Assembly: GCA_040954595.2 (NCBI GenBank)
Contig: CM082598.2
Location: 10,121,097-10,185,096, forward strand
Direction: 5' to 3'
From: Balanoglossus misakiensis
Taxonomy: Eukaryota > Animalia > Hemichordata
DNA length: 64,000 nt
The notes beneath the pieces were generated by a model, which had not been told where the DNA came from, did not search any database, and was given only the letters and a program-made list of their open reading frames with translations. Shown here piece by piece: positions 9,970 through 24,900 of this stretch. The translations under genes and the position numbers were made by a program. Each line of letters starts with the position of its first letter. Position 1 is the first letter of the stretch.

Positions 9970-12900
9970 CTGTGACAATGTGTAATTAAAGAGAAATATA
10001 CAGTCAGTGGAGTAAAGGGTATAACACAATCATACTGATGGAATTCTCACTACCTGAAATAGGTTTTTGCTACCTAGGTGAGTGATGAATAAAGGTCTAA
10101 TGTCCTCTCTGATATAACATACTAGTGTATGGTAAATGTCTTTCAGAGATCTACACATTAAAGGGACAAACTCTCTACAGTTAATTCATTTTGGGGAGAT
10201 TTTTACTCTCATATCCTACAAACGGGATGGAAGTTGTGTGTGGTCGAACATTGATTCACTATATATCCACATGTAGAATAACATAAATGGTGTCTTGTAT
10301 CAAACATAATGTATGGAAAAAGGGCAGCGAGAGAGAGACTTTGTCCCTTTAAATATCATAGCTGGCATACAGTTATAAATATGCATTTTTTGATTTATGT
10401 CTTGCAAGTACAAAACTGTTCTTTATTAAAAAGAAATACAGACAAGGTGATCCCAGGAACATAAAACCCAAAACTCAAAGCTACCAGACAGATGAGTCTT
10501 GAGATAAACTTGGACTTACTTGTCAATCAATCTGGACTGCTCTTGTAACAACAACTCACTCAATGCTTCACTGGTGCTGGATGATTTTGTTGGCACTTGC
10601 ATAGCAACAGATAAGGCTTTATTCAGAAACTCTTCTAGTTGGCTGGAATTGGCGCCTGTCAGCTGGTGATACACTGCATATGGTGCAAAGTCAAACAAAA
10701 TTCACCCAATCATAAAATGTATCATTAACATGATCATACCATAAAAAATGTGAATGAATTACAATTATAGCGTGCGCATATTGAATCATACGAAATCACA
10801 CCAAATAACGCGAGACTTAGAAATAACATTACATGTGTATGGTGCCACTTAAACGACACCATTTATTCTTTTTGAGCCTAAATCATGTTTAACCACAACT
10901 AGACAACCACAATGACCTTGTGAGAATGAAACCCACCAATAAATACATGTAGATAATCTGAAGCTATCACAGAAACAGAATGTCTTTGACAAAGTATTGC
11001 AAAGCCTTCAGTTGACCGCGAAAAAGTTGACGAAGCATGCATGTGGAAAGTGGAGTGTTGACAACAATGTGAATATATGCACGATAGCTTGCTGCGCTCG
11101 CACTCAGGTCAAACCTGTTACATATTACCAAAAATGTGGATCTATATAATTAACATTGGGTCCGTTCCTTCTTATCCCACTCGTGTTTCTGTTTGTTTGG
11201 TGAGAATATCTAATAGGTTAGCCCCTTTCACTCCCAGTTCCTTCTTTAGAGGTCCAACCTTACCATAGAAAACGATGGGTTTGGACTGGAACATGGCGGT
11301 GAAAGGGTTCAGGTGCTTGAGGGAGTGTTAAAAATGCAGACTTTACCTTTCTATAACATGTCTCTATCTACAGCCATCCGTCCCTCAGTGACGGCTTCAA
11401 TGATTTCACTCACTTCATCCAAGTTGCCACCACTGGCTTTGATGGGACTTTTCTCACTGCTCAGGGATTTCGCTGGAAGGAAGGACGTAAGACTGGAATT
11501 AAGGCATACGTCCCTACATAAAGGGAGGACATGATACCACAAATGGTTAATGGAGTTTCTGGGAAGGTTTTCAAATTCCAGGAATTTCCAGGAGTGTACG
11601 AATCCAGTTAAGAATTCTTTATGTCATGTGATCTGGCCATGTGACCTCCAGCATTGTCATTTCCAGGTGACGGCAAACAACATAGTGGCATCCAGTAAAA
11701 GTTTTCCACGTATGTAAGTACTTAAGAACCGCCAGACATGTAACATGTATCAGGTATAGTACCTCATCAGCCTCATGGCATTTTGTCTGCACAGTCTTTG
11801 TCTGCACCACGTTGCTGAAGTTGCCTGTCATCTGGAAAATTGAATGCCAACGTATTTGCGCTTGAGCGCGTCTGGCGTCTTTTGATATCAAAGAATAAAT
11901 GCATTGTACAAACTTGAAAGTATGTAGAATTTTTCTATTTATCCTGTGTGATATAGTGAAAACGCTCAAGTTACAGTTTGTGTATGGTTTTGAGAATTAT
12001 TTCACTGCTTGAGGTAAGTGAAATAAACAGCTCACCTTGTTGTCTGTTGACTTTTTCATACTGGTTGAGAAGTTTTGTAAACACACTGTTTTCAGACTTT
12101 GATGAACTCAAAATTGCAGACACTAGCTGGACAAATCTCATCATATCTTCCTTCTTTTCAAGATGTTTCTAAATGATATAAAGGAGTGAGAGTGAGAATT
12201 GTGCATGATTATGTCAGTTTTGAACTTTCATGTCTGTTTTGGACTGAGAGCTGTTGAATGAGAGAGAGAGAGAGAGGGAGAGAGAGTTCGCGCTCGAACA
12301 ATCAGGGGGTCACGCAGACGTAATCTTTTCATTGGCGTGATACTGATATCACCACGTAACTTGCAATTCCCAAGAGTGCGACTGTACGTACGTAAACTGT
12401 ATCAAATTCAACTCATTCACGTCATATGAGAGGAGGTATACCGTGCGAATGCGAGCGCTGGGGGAACCGGGTACCGCCTACTTGAAATGGACCTCTTCCC
12501 TTAGTGAAGTCAAATAATCATAATTATCTATCATGTAAGAAGTCAAAAATGTAAGAGAATGTTTTAATAAATATGTCAACTTATTATTTATATTCCCCTG
12601 TATATATTCCCCTGTAAATGTCTCATAATTTGAGGAATAATATTTTGGAAGCTGAACGGAAGTTGCAACTCAAATCAAATTTCAACTTCTCCAATATATG
12701 GAATAACACTATAAGCCTACTGACTTGAGAAACTCAAATTGAATTTCAAATTCTCGAACAAACGAAAATATGTTTGAATGTAAGTAATCTTACTATAAAA
12801 TTGACATGCAATTACCTGTCGTTGGTGAAGCAAACTGAACAATGGACATGACAAATGATGTTTTCTGTGTAGATTATAAATAAACTGACTCTCATCACTT

Positions 12901-15900
12901 GATGTTAGGATTTCTTGCATTGCCAGAATGATGTGATCACCAGAATTCTCTGATGAATCAAACAATTTCAGCCTGGAGATTTCCCTGGACAGTGTCTGTG
13001 TGAGAAATGATGGCAAAATATCAATATCATTTATTAGGAAACCTGGCCAATCACTGAGAAATCTGTCGGCCTTTACAAAGTATAGTTCATAATCTTCTCA
13101 TAAAATGATAAAGTTGCCGCAAAGGTATACAGTCACCTATAATTTACATACGCCCATATATGGCTGAAATGGCGTATTTGAGCGTTCTAAAGGACATATG
13201 GCGGCGCTCTTTTTTTCGCGTGTGCCACCCACTGAAAATCTGTGATTGGCTAGATCTCAAGTTTACCATGGTAACTGTAGTTAAATTACCATAGGTGACA
13301 ATATACCTTAACATATCATATTTCTTCTGGGAAGTGTAATTGTTTTAAGATCAAATATTACATGTACATACCAATTGTATGCCTCTCAGATATTGTCTTT
13401 CCGTTGATGCACTCACTTTGTGCTCACCAATACTGAATAGCTGTAAATATAATCAAAGGAGAAGAAATCACTCACTCATTAGCAATGATACTGCAAAAGT
13501 GGAAGTGACTGATTTTGAGTCTGAAGTTGGAAAAGAGTCCCAGTACAGTGTAGAGAGGTTTCCAGATAAGGTAGATTTTGCTGTCCAACCATTTTCACAC
13601 AACGGCCATAAAACTTAAAGAAGAACTATTAAATTACCCAGCCTGATAAGTTTTGTGGTGTTTGGAAAGTCGTCCATGTCTGATGACACAAGATCAGCTT
13701 TTGATTGTAACATGAGACATGATCAGTTGTGTTTTGGTTCAAAAGAACATGACCTGGTTTAAGAAGCCTTGCAACTTCAGGTGACTACAGGAGCTATACT
13801 GTGCCCATTGGCCTTGATTTGACTGAGAAACCATGATTTACTGAAAAGCCACTTGGAAAAGGGTCCACTTTATTTCTAAACCAAACTTACCTTCAGGAAG
13901 ATCATCTTGGCTGACTCTTGACTATCTACAGTGACTTTTCTTGCATCCATCTTGGCTGCAACATCTTTCTTTTCATCCACCTGCATTGCCTCACTTTTCT
14001 CCTCTTTCTTTTCCTCATCTGCAAATAAAAATTGTGTTATGTCCAGGAAATATTATTTACTTTCTGAGAAGAAACTGGAATATCTAGCTTTGCAAATCAG
14101 TTAGTGAAATAAGAGAACGCAAACAATTAATTGTCATGAAATAGTCACCTCTGTTAATATCGCGAAAAATTTCCCATCACAAAAATTACCAAGATTACAG
14201 TAACCTAAAAATATAAAATCCTAATAATGTCCAAAGTTGAAGAATTCTATATGTATGACTTAACTTTTGAGACACTATTTCACAACACAAATACTAGTAC
14301 CTTTGTTCTCTTTATCCAGGAATGAATTTTTTTCCACCTTCTGCTCCTCTCATCTGTTGAACTTCCACTAACTGAGCCATGTATCCTTTGTCAACCACAG
14401 CCTGTTCCATACTGTACAGATCTTGTCTGCAGGCCATGTCGAGATGCTGCAGTAGTTTGCTGTGAAAAGAAACAGAAGTGTTACATGTGTATGTGTGTTA
14501 CAGGGCCAGATCACGGCACATCATGACAAAATCTTTGTGAATATGGTGCTAGCATCATGTTTATAGCAGATCATGTGTATTCATACTTGTGGGCCAAATG
14601 ACCTTAATATGTGGTTTGTTGTATGACTTAATTATAACACACACACCCAGTTTTTTTAATAGTCCTGCTTGAAAGATCACAGAGTGTCTTTGGCTACTGA
14701 AAAGCACCACCACAATGAGAGATAACTCACAACACCGAAGAGTAAATCTCTAAAGTTGTAATTTAAACCAAGTATGGAAATTGGGATGTACGGTAGCTTT
14801 GATGAGGAATAATTCTAGAGTTACAACATACCTCATGCTGTTGACTGGTATACCAAAGGACTGCACAAACAAGACCAACTGAGCTGGTTCCAAGTCTTCC
14901 AGGGCTGAAAAAAATGACAAATTCAGGATGAAAACAACAAAAGTTTGGTGAGAAAAGATCCCAAGTTGAATTGACACACAGATTGGCAGATATTTCCACG
15001 AAATATCACATGTAAATGGTGCAACAACAGATTAACCGATCAGGCCATGACAAATACTGCACCTCTTCACAAAAACTGCTGGGTTGCAATTTATAGCATA
15101 AAATTACTGTAAAACAGGAAATTTTTGTGATATCACAAGAGAGCTGACTATTCCATTGCTCAAATTGTTTCTTTGCGACCATTTATTTTCACGTTTTTTG
15201 GCTCTCACGAAATTCGCAAAAATTTCCCCTTTTACAATAGTATGGTTGGATCTATACAATGTATACATTGAATGGGGATGAACACTGGACAGTGGAGCAT
15301 TCTATATTAAAATTTGGGAAAACATTGAAGCCATATTAAGGTCATACTTGATTAAGCTGAAAGTCGGCACAGAATAAATTTGAAATTCAATTGGCTACAA
15401 AAATTGACTTTTCTGCCATTCTGAGATCTCCATGCTGAGCTCAATTATGTTGCTGCTTCATATAGTGGTCAGCAATAAAAACTTACTACTGTTACAGTGG
15501 TTATACATGTAACTCTTATTAAATGTTTTTTTTTCTTGTTTTATCATGAAATCTGACAATATCACGAAATCTGACTGTGGGTGGCACGACAGAATAAAAC
15601 TGGTTTTCGTCTCAACTTTTGTACATGTAGTGACACAATGAAAGAATGACAGAGAAACTGCTAACAGACAGATTATTATATATTTTTTTACCTTTTCATG
15701 TCACTTTTATAAAACACTGCATGGCAACAAATGTGAACCATGAACAATTTGCAAGACAATGAACTAGAAGTTGAACGAGATTTGAAGACCTGCTCTGGAA
15801 GTAATTGATTGACACTCACCCATGAGTAAGATTCCGCATGGGGCTGTGTGGCTTTCTTCAAGTAATTGTAGAATATATGTAACATGGATGTCAGTGTACA

Positions 15901-18900
15901 TAGTGTTGGTCTGGTCGGCACTGGTGTCTCTACACAGCATGGAGCTGAGTATGGTGGGCCTTTCTACAATCAACTGAGCTAAATGTGACAATGTGTAATT
16001 AAAGAGAAATATACAGTCAGTGGAGTAAAGGGTATAACACAATCATACTGATGGAATTCTCACTACCTGAAATAGGTTTTTGCTACCTAGGTGAGTGATG
16101 AATAAAGGTCTAATGTCCTCTCTGATATAACATACTAGTGTATGGTAAATGTCTTTCAGAGATCTACACATTAAAGGGACAAACTCTCTACAGTTAATTC
16201 ATTTTGGGGAGATTTTTACTCTCATATCCTACAAACGGGATGGAAGTTGTGTGTGGTCGAACATTGATTCACTTTATATCCACATGTAGAATAACATAAA
16301 TGGTGTCTTGTATCAAACATAATGTATGGAAAAAGGGCAGCGAGAGAGAGACTTTGTCCCTTTAAATATCATAGCTGGCATACAGTTATAAATATGCATT
16401 TTTTGATTTATGTCTTGCAAGTACAAAACTGTTCTTTATTAAAAAGAAATACAGACAAGGTGATCCCAGGAACATAAAACCCAAAACTCAAAGCTACCAG
16501 ACAGATGAGTCTTGAGATAAACTTGGACTTACTTGTCAATCAATCAGGACTGCTCTTGTAACAACAACTCACTCAATGCTTCACTGGTGCTGGATGATTT
16601 TGTTGGCACTTGCATAGCAACAGATAAGGCTTTATTCAGAAACTCTTCTAGTTGGCTGGAATTGGCGCCTGTCAGCTGGTGATACACTGCATATGGTGCA
16701 AAGTCAAACAAAATTCACCCAATCATAAAATGTATCATTAACATGATCATACCATAAAAATTGTGAATGAATTACAATTATAGCGTGCGCATATTGAATC
16801 ATACGAAATCACACCAAATAACGCGAGACTTAGAAATAACATTACATGTGTATGGTGCCACTTAAACGACACCATTTATTCTTTTTGAGCCTAAATCATG
16901 TTTAACCACAACTAGACAACCACAATGACCTTGTGAGAATGAAACCCACCAATAAATACATGTAGATAATCTGAAGCTATCACAGAAACAGAATGTCTTT
17001 GACAAAGTATTGCAAAGCCTTCAGTTGACCGCGAAAAAGTTGACGAAGCATGCATGTGGAAAGTGGAGTGTTGACAACAATGTGAATATATGCACGATAG
17101 CTTGCTGCGCTCGCACTCAGGTCAAACCTGTTACATATTACCAAAAATGTGGATCTATATAATTAACATTGGGTCCGTTCCTTCTTATCCCACTCGTGTT
17201 TCTGTTTGTTTGGTGAGAATATCTAATAGGTTAGCCCCTTTCACTCCCAGTTCCTTCTTTAGAGGTCCAACCTTACCATAGAAAACGATGGGTTTGGACT
17301 GGAACATGGCGGTGAAAGGGTTCAGGTGCTTGAGGGAGTGTTAAAAATGCAGACTTTACCTTTCTATAACATGTCTCTATCTACAGCCATCCGTCCCTCA
17401 GTGACGGCTTCAATGATTTCACTCACTTCATCCAAGTTGCCACCACTGGCTTTGATGGGACTTTTCTCACTGCTCAGGGATTTCGCTGGAAGGAAGGACG
17501 TAAGACTGGAATTAAGGCATACGTCCCTACATAAAGGGAGGACATGATACCACAAATGGTTAATGGAGTTTCTGGGAAGGTTTTCAAATTCCAGGAATTT
17601 CCAGGAGTGTACGAATCCAGTTAAGAATTCTTTATGTCATGTGATCTGGCCATGTGACCTCCAGCATTGTCATTTCCAGGTGACGGCAAACAACATAGTG
17701 GCATCCAGTAAAAGTTTTCCACGTATGTAAGTACTTAAGAACCGCCAGACATGTAACATGTATCAGGTATAGTACCTCATCAGCCTCATGGCATTTTGTC
17801 TGCACAGTCTTTGTCTGCACCACGTTGCTGAAGTTGCCTGTCATCTGGAAAATTGAATGCCAACGTATTTGCGCTTGAGCGCGTCTGGCGTCTTTTGATA
17901 TCAAAGAATAAATGCATTGTACAAACTTGAAAGTATGTAGAATTTTTCTATTTATCCTGTGTGATATAGTGAAAACGCTCAAGTTACAGTTTGTGTATGG
18001 TTTTGAGAATTATTTCACTGCTTGAGGTAAGTGAAATAAACAGCTCACCTTGTTGTCTGTTGACTTTTTCATACTGGTTGAGAAGTTTTGTAAACACACT
18101 GTTTTCAGACTTTGATGAACTCAAAATTGCAGACACTAGCTGGACAAATCTCATCATATCTTCCTTCTTTTCAAGATGTTTCTAAATGATATAAAGGAGT
18201 GAGAGTGAGAATTGTGCATGATTATGTCAGTTTTGAACTTTCATGTCTGTTTTGGACTGAGAGCTGTTGAATGAGAGAGAGAGAGGGAGAGAGAGTTCGC
18301 GCTCGAACAATCAGGGGGTCACGCAGACGTAATCTTTTCATTGGCGTGATACTGATATCACCACGTAACTTGCAATTCCCAAGAGTGCGACTGTACGTAC
18401 GTAAACTGTATCAAATTCAACTCATTCACGTCATATGAGAGGAGGTATACCGTGCGAATGCGAGCGCTGGGGGAACCGGGTACCGCCTACTTGAAATGGA
18501 CCTCTTCCCTTAGTGAAGTCAAATAATCATAATTATCTATCATGTAAGAAGTCAAAAATGTAAGAGAATGTTTTAATAAATATGTCAACTTATTATTTAC
18601 ATTCCCCTGTATATATTCCCCTGTAAATGTCTCATAATTTGAGGAATAATATTTTGGAAGCTGAACGGAAGTTGCAACTCAAATCAAATTTCAACTTCTC
18701 CAATATATGGAATAACACTATAAGCCTACTGACTTGAGAAACTCAAATTGAATTTCAAATTCTCGAACAAACGAAAATATGTTTGAATGTAAGTAATCTT
18801 ACTATAAAATTGACATGCAATTACCTGTCGTTGGTGAAGCAAACTGAACAATGGACATGACAAATGATGTTTTCTGTGTAGATTATAAATAAACTGACTC

Positions 18901-21900
18901 TCATCACTTGATGTTAGGATTTCTTGCATTGCCAGAATGATGTGATCACCAGAATTCTCTGATGAATCAAACAATTTCAGCCTGGAGATTTCCCTGGACA
19001 GTGTCTGTGTGAGAAATGATGGCAAAATATCAATATCATTTATTAGGAAACCTGGCCAATCACTGAGAAATCTGTCGGCCTTTACAAAGTATAGTTCATA
19101 ATCTTCTCATAAAATGATAAAGTTGCCGCAAAGGTATACAGTCACCTATAATTTACATACGCCCATATATGGCTGAAATGGCGTATTTGAGCGTTCTAAA
19201 GGACATATGGCGGCGCTCTTTTTTTCGCGTGTGCCACCCACTGAAAATCTGTGATTGGCTAGATCTCAAGTTTACCATGGTAACTGTAGTTAAATTACCA
19301 TAGGTGACAATATACCTTAACATATCATATTTCTTCTGGGAAGTGTAATTGTTTTAAGATCAAATATTACATGTACATACCAATTGTATGCCTCTCAGAT
19401 ATTGTCTTTCCGTTGATGCACTCACTTTGTGCTCACCAATACTGAATAGCTGTAAATATAATCAAAGGAGAAGAAATCACTCACTCATTAGCAATGATAC
19501 TGCAAAAGTGGAAGTGACTGATTTTGAGTCTGAAGTTGGAAAAGAGTCCCAGTACAGTGTAGAGAGGTTTCCAGATTAGGTAGATTTTGCTGTCCAACCA
19601 TTTTCACACAACGGCCATAAAACTTAAAGAAGAACTATTAAATTACCCAGCCTGATAAGTTTTGTGGTGTTTGGAAAGTCATCCATGTCTGATGACACAA
19701 GATCAGCTTTTGATTGTAACATGAGACATGATCAGTTGTGTTTTGGTTCAAAAGAACATGACCTGGTTTAAGAAGCCTTGCAACTTCAGGTGACTACAGG
19801 AGCTATACTGTGCCCATTGGCCTTGATTTGACTGAGAAACCATGATTTACTGAAAAGCCACTTGGAAAAGGGTCCACTTTATTTCTAAACCAAACTTACC
19901 TTCAGGAAGATCATCTTGGCTGACTCTTGACTATCTACAGTGACTTTTCTTGCATCCATCTTGGCTGCAACATCTTTCTTTTCATCCACCTGCATTGCCT
20001 CACTTTTCTCCTCTTTCTTTTCCTCATCTGCAAATAAAAATTGTGTTATGTCCAGGAAATATTATTTACTTTCTGAGAAGAAACTGGAATATCTAGCTTT
20101 GCAAATCAGTTAGTGAAATAAGAGAACGCAAACAATTAATTGTCATGAAATAGTCACCTCTGTTAATATCGCGAAAAATTTCCCATCACAAAAATTACCA
20201 AGATTACAGTAACCTAAAAATATAAAATCCTAATAATGTCCAAAGTTGAAGAATTCTATATGTATGACTTAACTTTTGAGACACTATTTCACAACACAAA
20301 TACTAGTACCTTTGTTCTCTTTATCCAGGAATGAATTTTTTTCCACCTTCTGCTCCTCTCATCTGTTGAACTTCCACTAACTGAGCCATGTATCCTTTGT
20401 CAACCACAGCCTGTTCCATACTGTACAGATCTTGTCTGCAGGCCATGTCGAGATGCTGCAGTAGTTTGCTGTGAAAAGAAACAGAAGTGTTACATGTGTA
20501 TGTGTGTTACAGGGCCAGATCACGGCACATCATGACAAAATCTTTGTGAATATGGTGCTAGCATCATGTTTATAGCAGATCATGTGTATTCATACTTGTG
20601 GGCCAAATGACCTTAATATGTGGTTTGTTGTATGACTTAATTATAACACACACACCCAGTTTTTTTAATAGTCCTGCTTGAAAGATCACAGAGTGTCTTT
20701 GGCTACTGAAAAGCACCACCACAATGAGAGATAACTCACAACACCGAAGAGTAAATCTCTAAAGTTGTAATTTAAACCAAGTATGGAAATTGGGATGTAC
20801 GGTAGCTTTGATGAGGAATAATTCTAGAGTTACAACATACCTCATGCTGTTGACTGGTATACCAAAGGACTGCACAGACAAGACCAACTGAGCTGGTTCC
20901 AAGTCTTCCAGGGCTGAAAAAAATGACAAATTCAGGATGAAAACAACAAAAGTTTGGTGAGAAAAGATCCCAAGTTGAATTGACACACAGATTGGCAGAT
21001 ATTTCCACGAAATATCACATGTAAATGGTGCAACAACAGATTAACCGATCAGGCCATGACAAATACTGCACCTCTTCACAAAAACTGCTGGGTTGCAATT
21101 TATAGCATAAAATTACTGTAAAACAGGAAATTTTTGTGATATCACAAGAGAGCTGACTATTCCATTGCTCACATTGTTTCTTTGCGACCATTTATTTTCA
21201 CGTTTTTTGGCTCTCACGAAATTCGCAAAAATTTCCCCTTTTACAATAGTATGGTTGGATCTATACAATGTATACATTGAATGGGGATGAACACTGGACA
21301 GTGGAGCATTCTATATTAAAATTTGGGAAAACATTGAAGCCATATTAAGGTCATACTTGATTAAGCTGAAAGTCGGCACAGAATCAATTTGAAATTCAAT
21401 TGGCTACAAAAATTGACTTTTCTGCCATTCTGAGATCTCCATGCTGAGCTCAATTATGTTGCTGCTTCATATAGTGGTCAGCAATAAAAACTTACTACTG
21501 TTACAGTGGTTATACATGTAACTCTTATTAAATGTTTTTTTTTCTTGTTTTATCATGAAATCTGACAATATCACGAAATCTGACTGTGGGTGGCACGACA
21601 GAATAAAACTGGTTTTCGTCTCAACTTTTGTACATGTAGTGACACAATGAAAGAATGACAGAGAAACTGCTAACAGACAGATTATTATATATTTTTTTAC
21701 CTTTTCATGTCACTTTTATAAAACACTGCATGGCAACAAATGTGAACCATGAACAATTTGCAAGACAATGAACTAGAAGTTGAACGAGATTTGAAGACCT
21801 GCTCTGGAAGTAATTGATTGACACTCACCCATGAGTAAGATTCCACATGGGGCTGTGTGGCTTTCTTCAAGTAATTGTAGAATATATGTAACATGGATGT

Positions 21901-24900
21901 CAGTGTACATAGTGTTGGTCTGGTCGGCACTGGTGTCTCTACACAGCATGGAGCTGAGTATGGTGGGCCTTTCTACAATCAACTGAGCTAAATGTGACAA
22001 TGTGTAATTAAAGAGAAATATACAGTCAGTGGAGTAAAGGGTATAACACAATCATACTGATGGAATTCTCACTACCTGAAATAGGTTTTTGCTACCTAGG
22101 TGAGTGATGAATAAAGGTCTAATGTCCTCTCTGATATAACATACTAGTGTATGGTAAATGTCTTTCAGAGATCTACACATTAAAGGGACAAACTCTCTAC
22201 AGTTAATTCATTTTGGGGAGATTTTTACTCTCATATCCTACAAACGGGATGGAAGTTGTGTGTGGTCGAACATTGATTCACTATATATCCACATGTAGAA
22301 TAACATAAATGGTGTCTTGTATCAAACATAATGTATGGAAAAAGGGCAGCGAGAGAGAGACTTTGTCCCTTTAAATATCATAGCTGGCATACAGTTATAA
22401 ATATGCATTTTTTGATTTATGTCTTGCAAGTACAAAACTGTTCTTTATTAAAAAGAAATACAGACAAGGTGATCCCAGGAACATAAAACCCAAAACTCAA
22501 AGCTACCAGACAGATGAGTCTTGAGATAAACTTGGACTTACTTGTCAATCAATCTGGACTGCTCTTGTAACAACAACTCACTCAATGCTTCACTGGTGCT
22601 GGATGATTTTGTTGGCACTTGCATAGCAACAGATAAGGCTTTATTCAGAAACTCTTCTAGTTGGCTGGAATTGGCGCCTGTCAGCTGGTGATACACTGCA
22701 TATGGTGCAAAGTCAAACAAAATTCACCCAATCATAAAATGTATCATTAACATGATCATACCATAAAAAATGTGAATGAATTACAATTATAGCGTGCGCA
22801 TATTGAATCATACGAAATCACACCAAATAACGCGAGACTTAGAAATAACATTACATGTGTATGGTGCCACTTAAACGACACCATTTATTCTTTTTGAGCC
22901 TAAATCATGTTTAACCACAACTAGACAACCACAATGACCTTGTGAGAATGAAACCCACCAATAAATACATGTAGATAATCTGAAGCTATCACAGAAACAG
23001 AATGTCTTTGACAAAGTATTGCAAAGCCTTCAGTTGACCGCGAAAAAGTTGACGAAGCATGCATGTGGAAAGTGGAGTGTTGATAACAATGTGAATATAT
23101 GCACGATAGCTTGCTGCGCTCGCACTCAGGTCAAACCTGTTACATATTACCAAAAATGTGGATCTATATAATTAACATTGGGTCCGTTCCTTCTTATCCC
23201 ACTCGTGTTTCTGTTTGTTTGGTGAGAATATCTAATAGGTTAGCCCCTTTCACTCCCAGTTCCTTCTTTAGAGGTCCAACCTTACCATAGAAAACGATGG
23301 GTTTGGACTGGAACATGGCGGTGAAAGGGTTCAGGTGCTTGAGGGAGTGTTAAAAATGCAGACTTTACCTTTCTATAACATGTCTCTATCTACAGCCATC
23401 CGTCCCTCAGTGACGGCTTCAATGATTTCACTCACTTCATCCAAGTTGCCACCACTGGCTTTGATGGGACTTTTCTCACTGCTCAGGGATTTCGCTGGAA
23501 GGAAGGACGTAAGACTGGAATTAAGGCATACGTCCCTACATAAAGGGAGGACATTTGGACATGATACCACAAATGGTTAATGGAGTTTCTGGGAAGGTTT
23601 TCAAATTCCAGGAATTTCCAGGAGTGTACGAATCCAGTTAAGAATTCTTTATGTCATGTGATCTGGCCATGTGACCTCCAGCATTGTCATTTCCAGGTGA
23701 CGGCAAACAACATAGTGGCATCCAGTAAAAGTTTTCCACGTATGTAAGTACTTAAGAACCGCCAGACATGTAACATGTATCAGGTATAGTACCTCATCAG
23801 CCTCATGGCATTTTGTCTGCACAGTCTTTGTCTGCACCACGTTGCTGAAGTTGCCTGTCATCTGGAAAATTGAATGCCAACGTATTTGCGCTTGAGCGCG
23901 TCTGGCGTCTTTTGATATCAAAGAATAAATGCATTGTACAAACTTGAAAGTATGTAGAATTTTTCTATTTATCCTGTGTGATATAGTGAAAACGCTCAAG
24001 TTACAGTTTGTGTATGGTTTTGAGAATTATTTCACTGCTTGAGGTAAGTGAAATAAACAGCTCACCTTGTTGTCTGTTGACTTTTTCATACTGGTTGAGA
24101 AGTTTTGTAAACACACTGTTTTCAGACTTTGATGAACTCAAAATTGCACACTAGCTGGACAAATCTCATCATATCTTCCTTCTTTTCAAGATGTTTCTAA
24201 ATGATATAAAGGAGTGAGAGTGAGAATTGTGCATGATTATGTCAGTTTTGAACTTTCATGTCTGTTTTGGACTGAGAGCTGTTGAATGAGAGAGAGAGAG
24301 GGAGAGAGAGATCGCGCTCGAACAATCAGGGGGTCACGCAGACGTAATCTTTTCATTGGCGTGATACTGATATCACCACGTAACTTGCAATTCCCAAGAG
24401 TGCGACTGTACGTACGTAAACTGTATCAAATTCAACTCATTCACGTCATATGAGAGGAGGTATACCGTGCGAATGCGAGCGCTGGGGGAACCGGGTACCG
24501 CCTACTTGAAATGGACCTCTTCCCTTAGTGAAGTCAAATAATCATAATTATCTATCATGTAAGAAGTCAAAAATGTAAGAGAATGTTTTAATAAATATGT
24601 CAACTTATTATTTATATTCCCCTGTATATATTCCCCTGTAAATGTCTCATAATTTGAGGAATAATATTTTGGAAGCTGAACGGAAGTTGCAACTCAAATC
24701 AAATTTCAACTTCTCCAATATATGGAATAACACTATAAGCCTACTGACTTGAGAAACTCAAATTGAATTTCAAATTCTCGAACAAACGAAAATATGTTTG
24801 AATGTAAGTAATCTTACTATAAAATTGACATGCAATTACCTGTCGTTGGTGAAGCAAACTGAACAATGGACATGACAAATGATGTTTTCTGTGTAGATTA

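Larger units (their letters stand above)
7796..10543. repeat. Long-variant structure of unit 2: an 894-bp segment present twice (7796-8689 and 8690-10543), the second copy containing an extra 960 bp (9012-9971)
   Basis: Junction GGACTGCTCT|AACAGACAG at 8689/8690. The ORF offset 7821 to 8715 is 894, and the downstream offset is +1854 (894+960). Confidence 0.95.
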
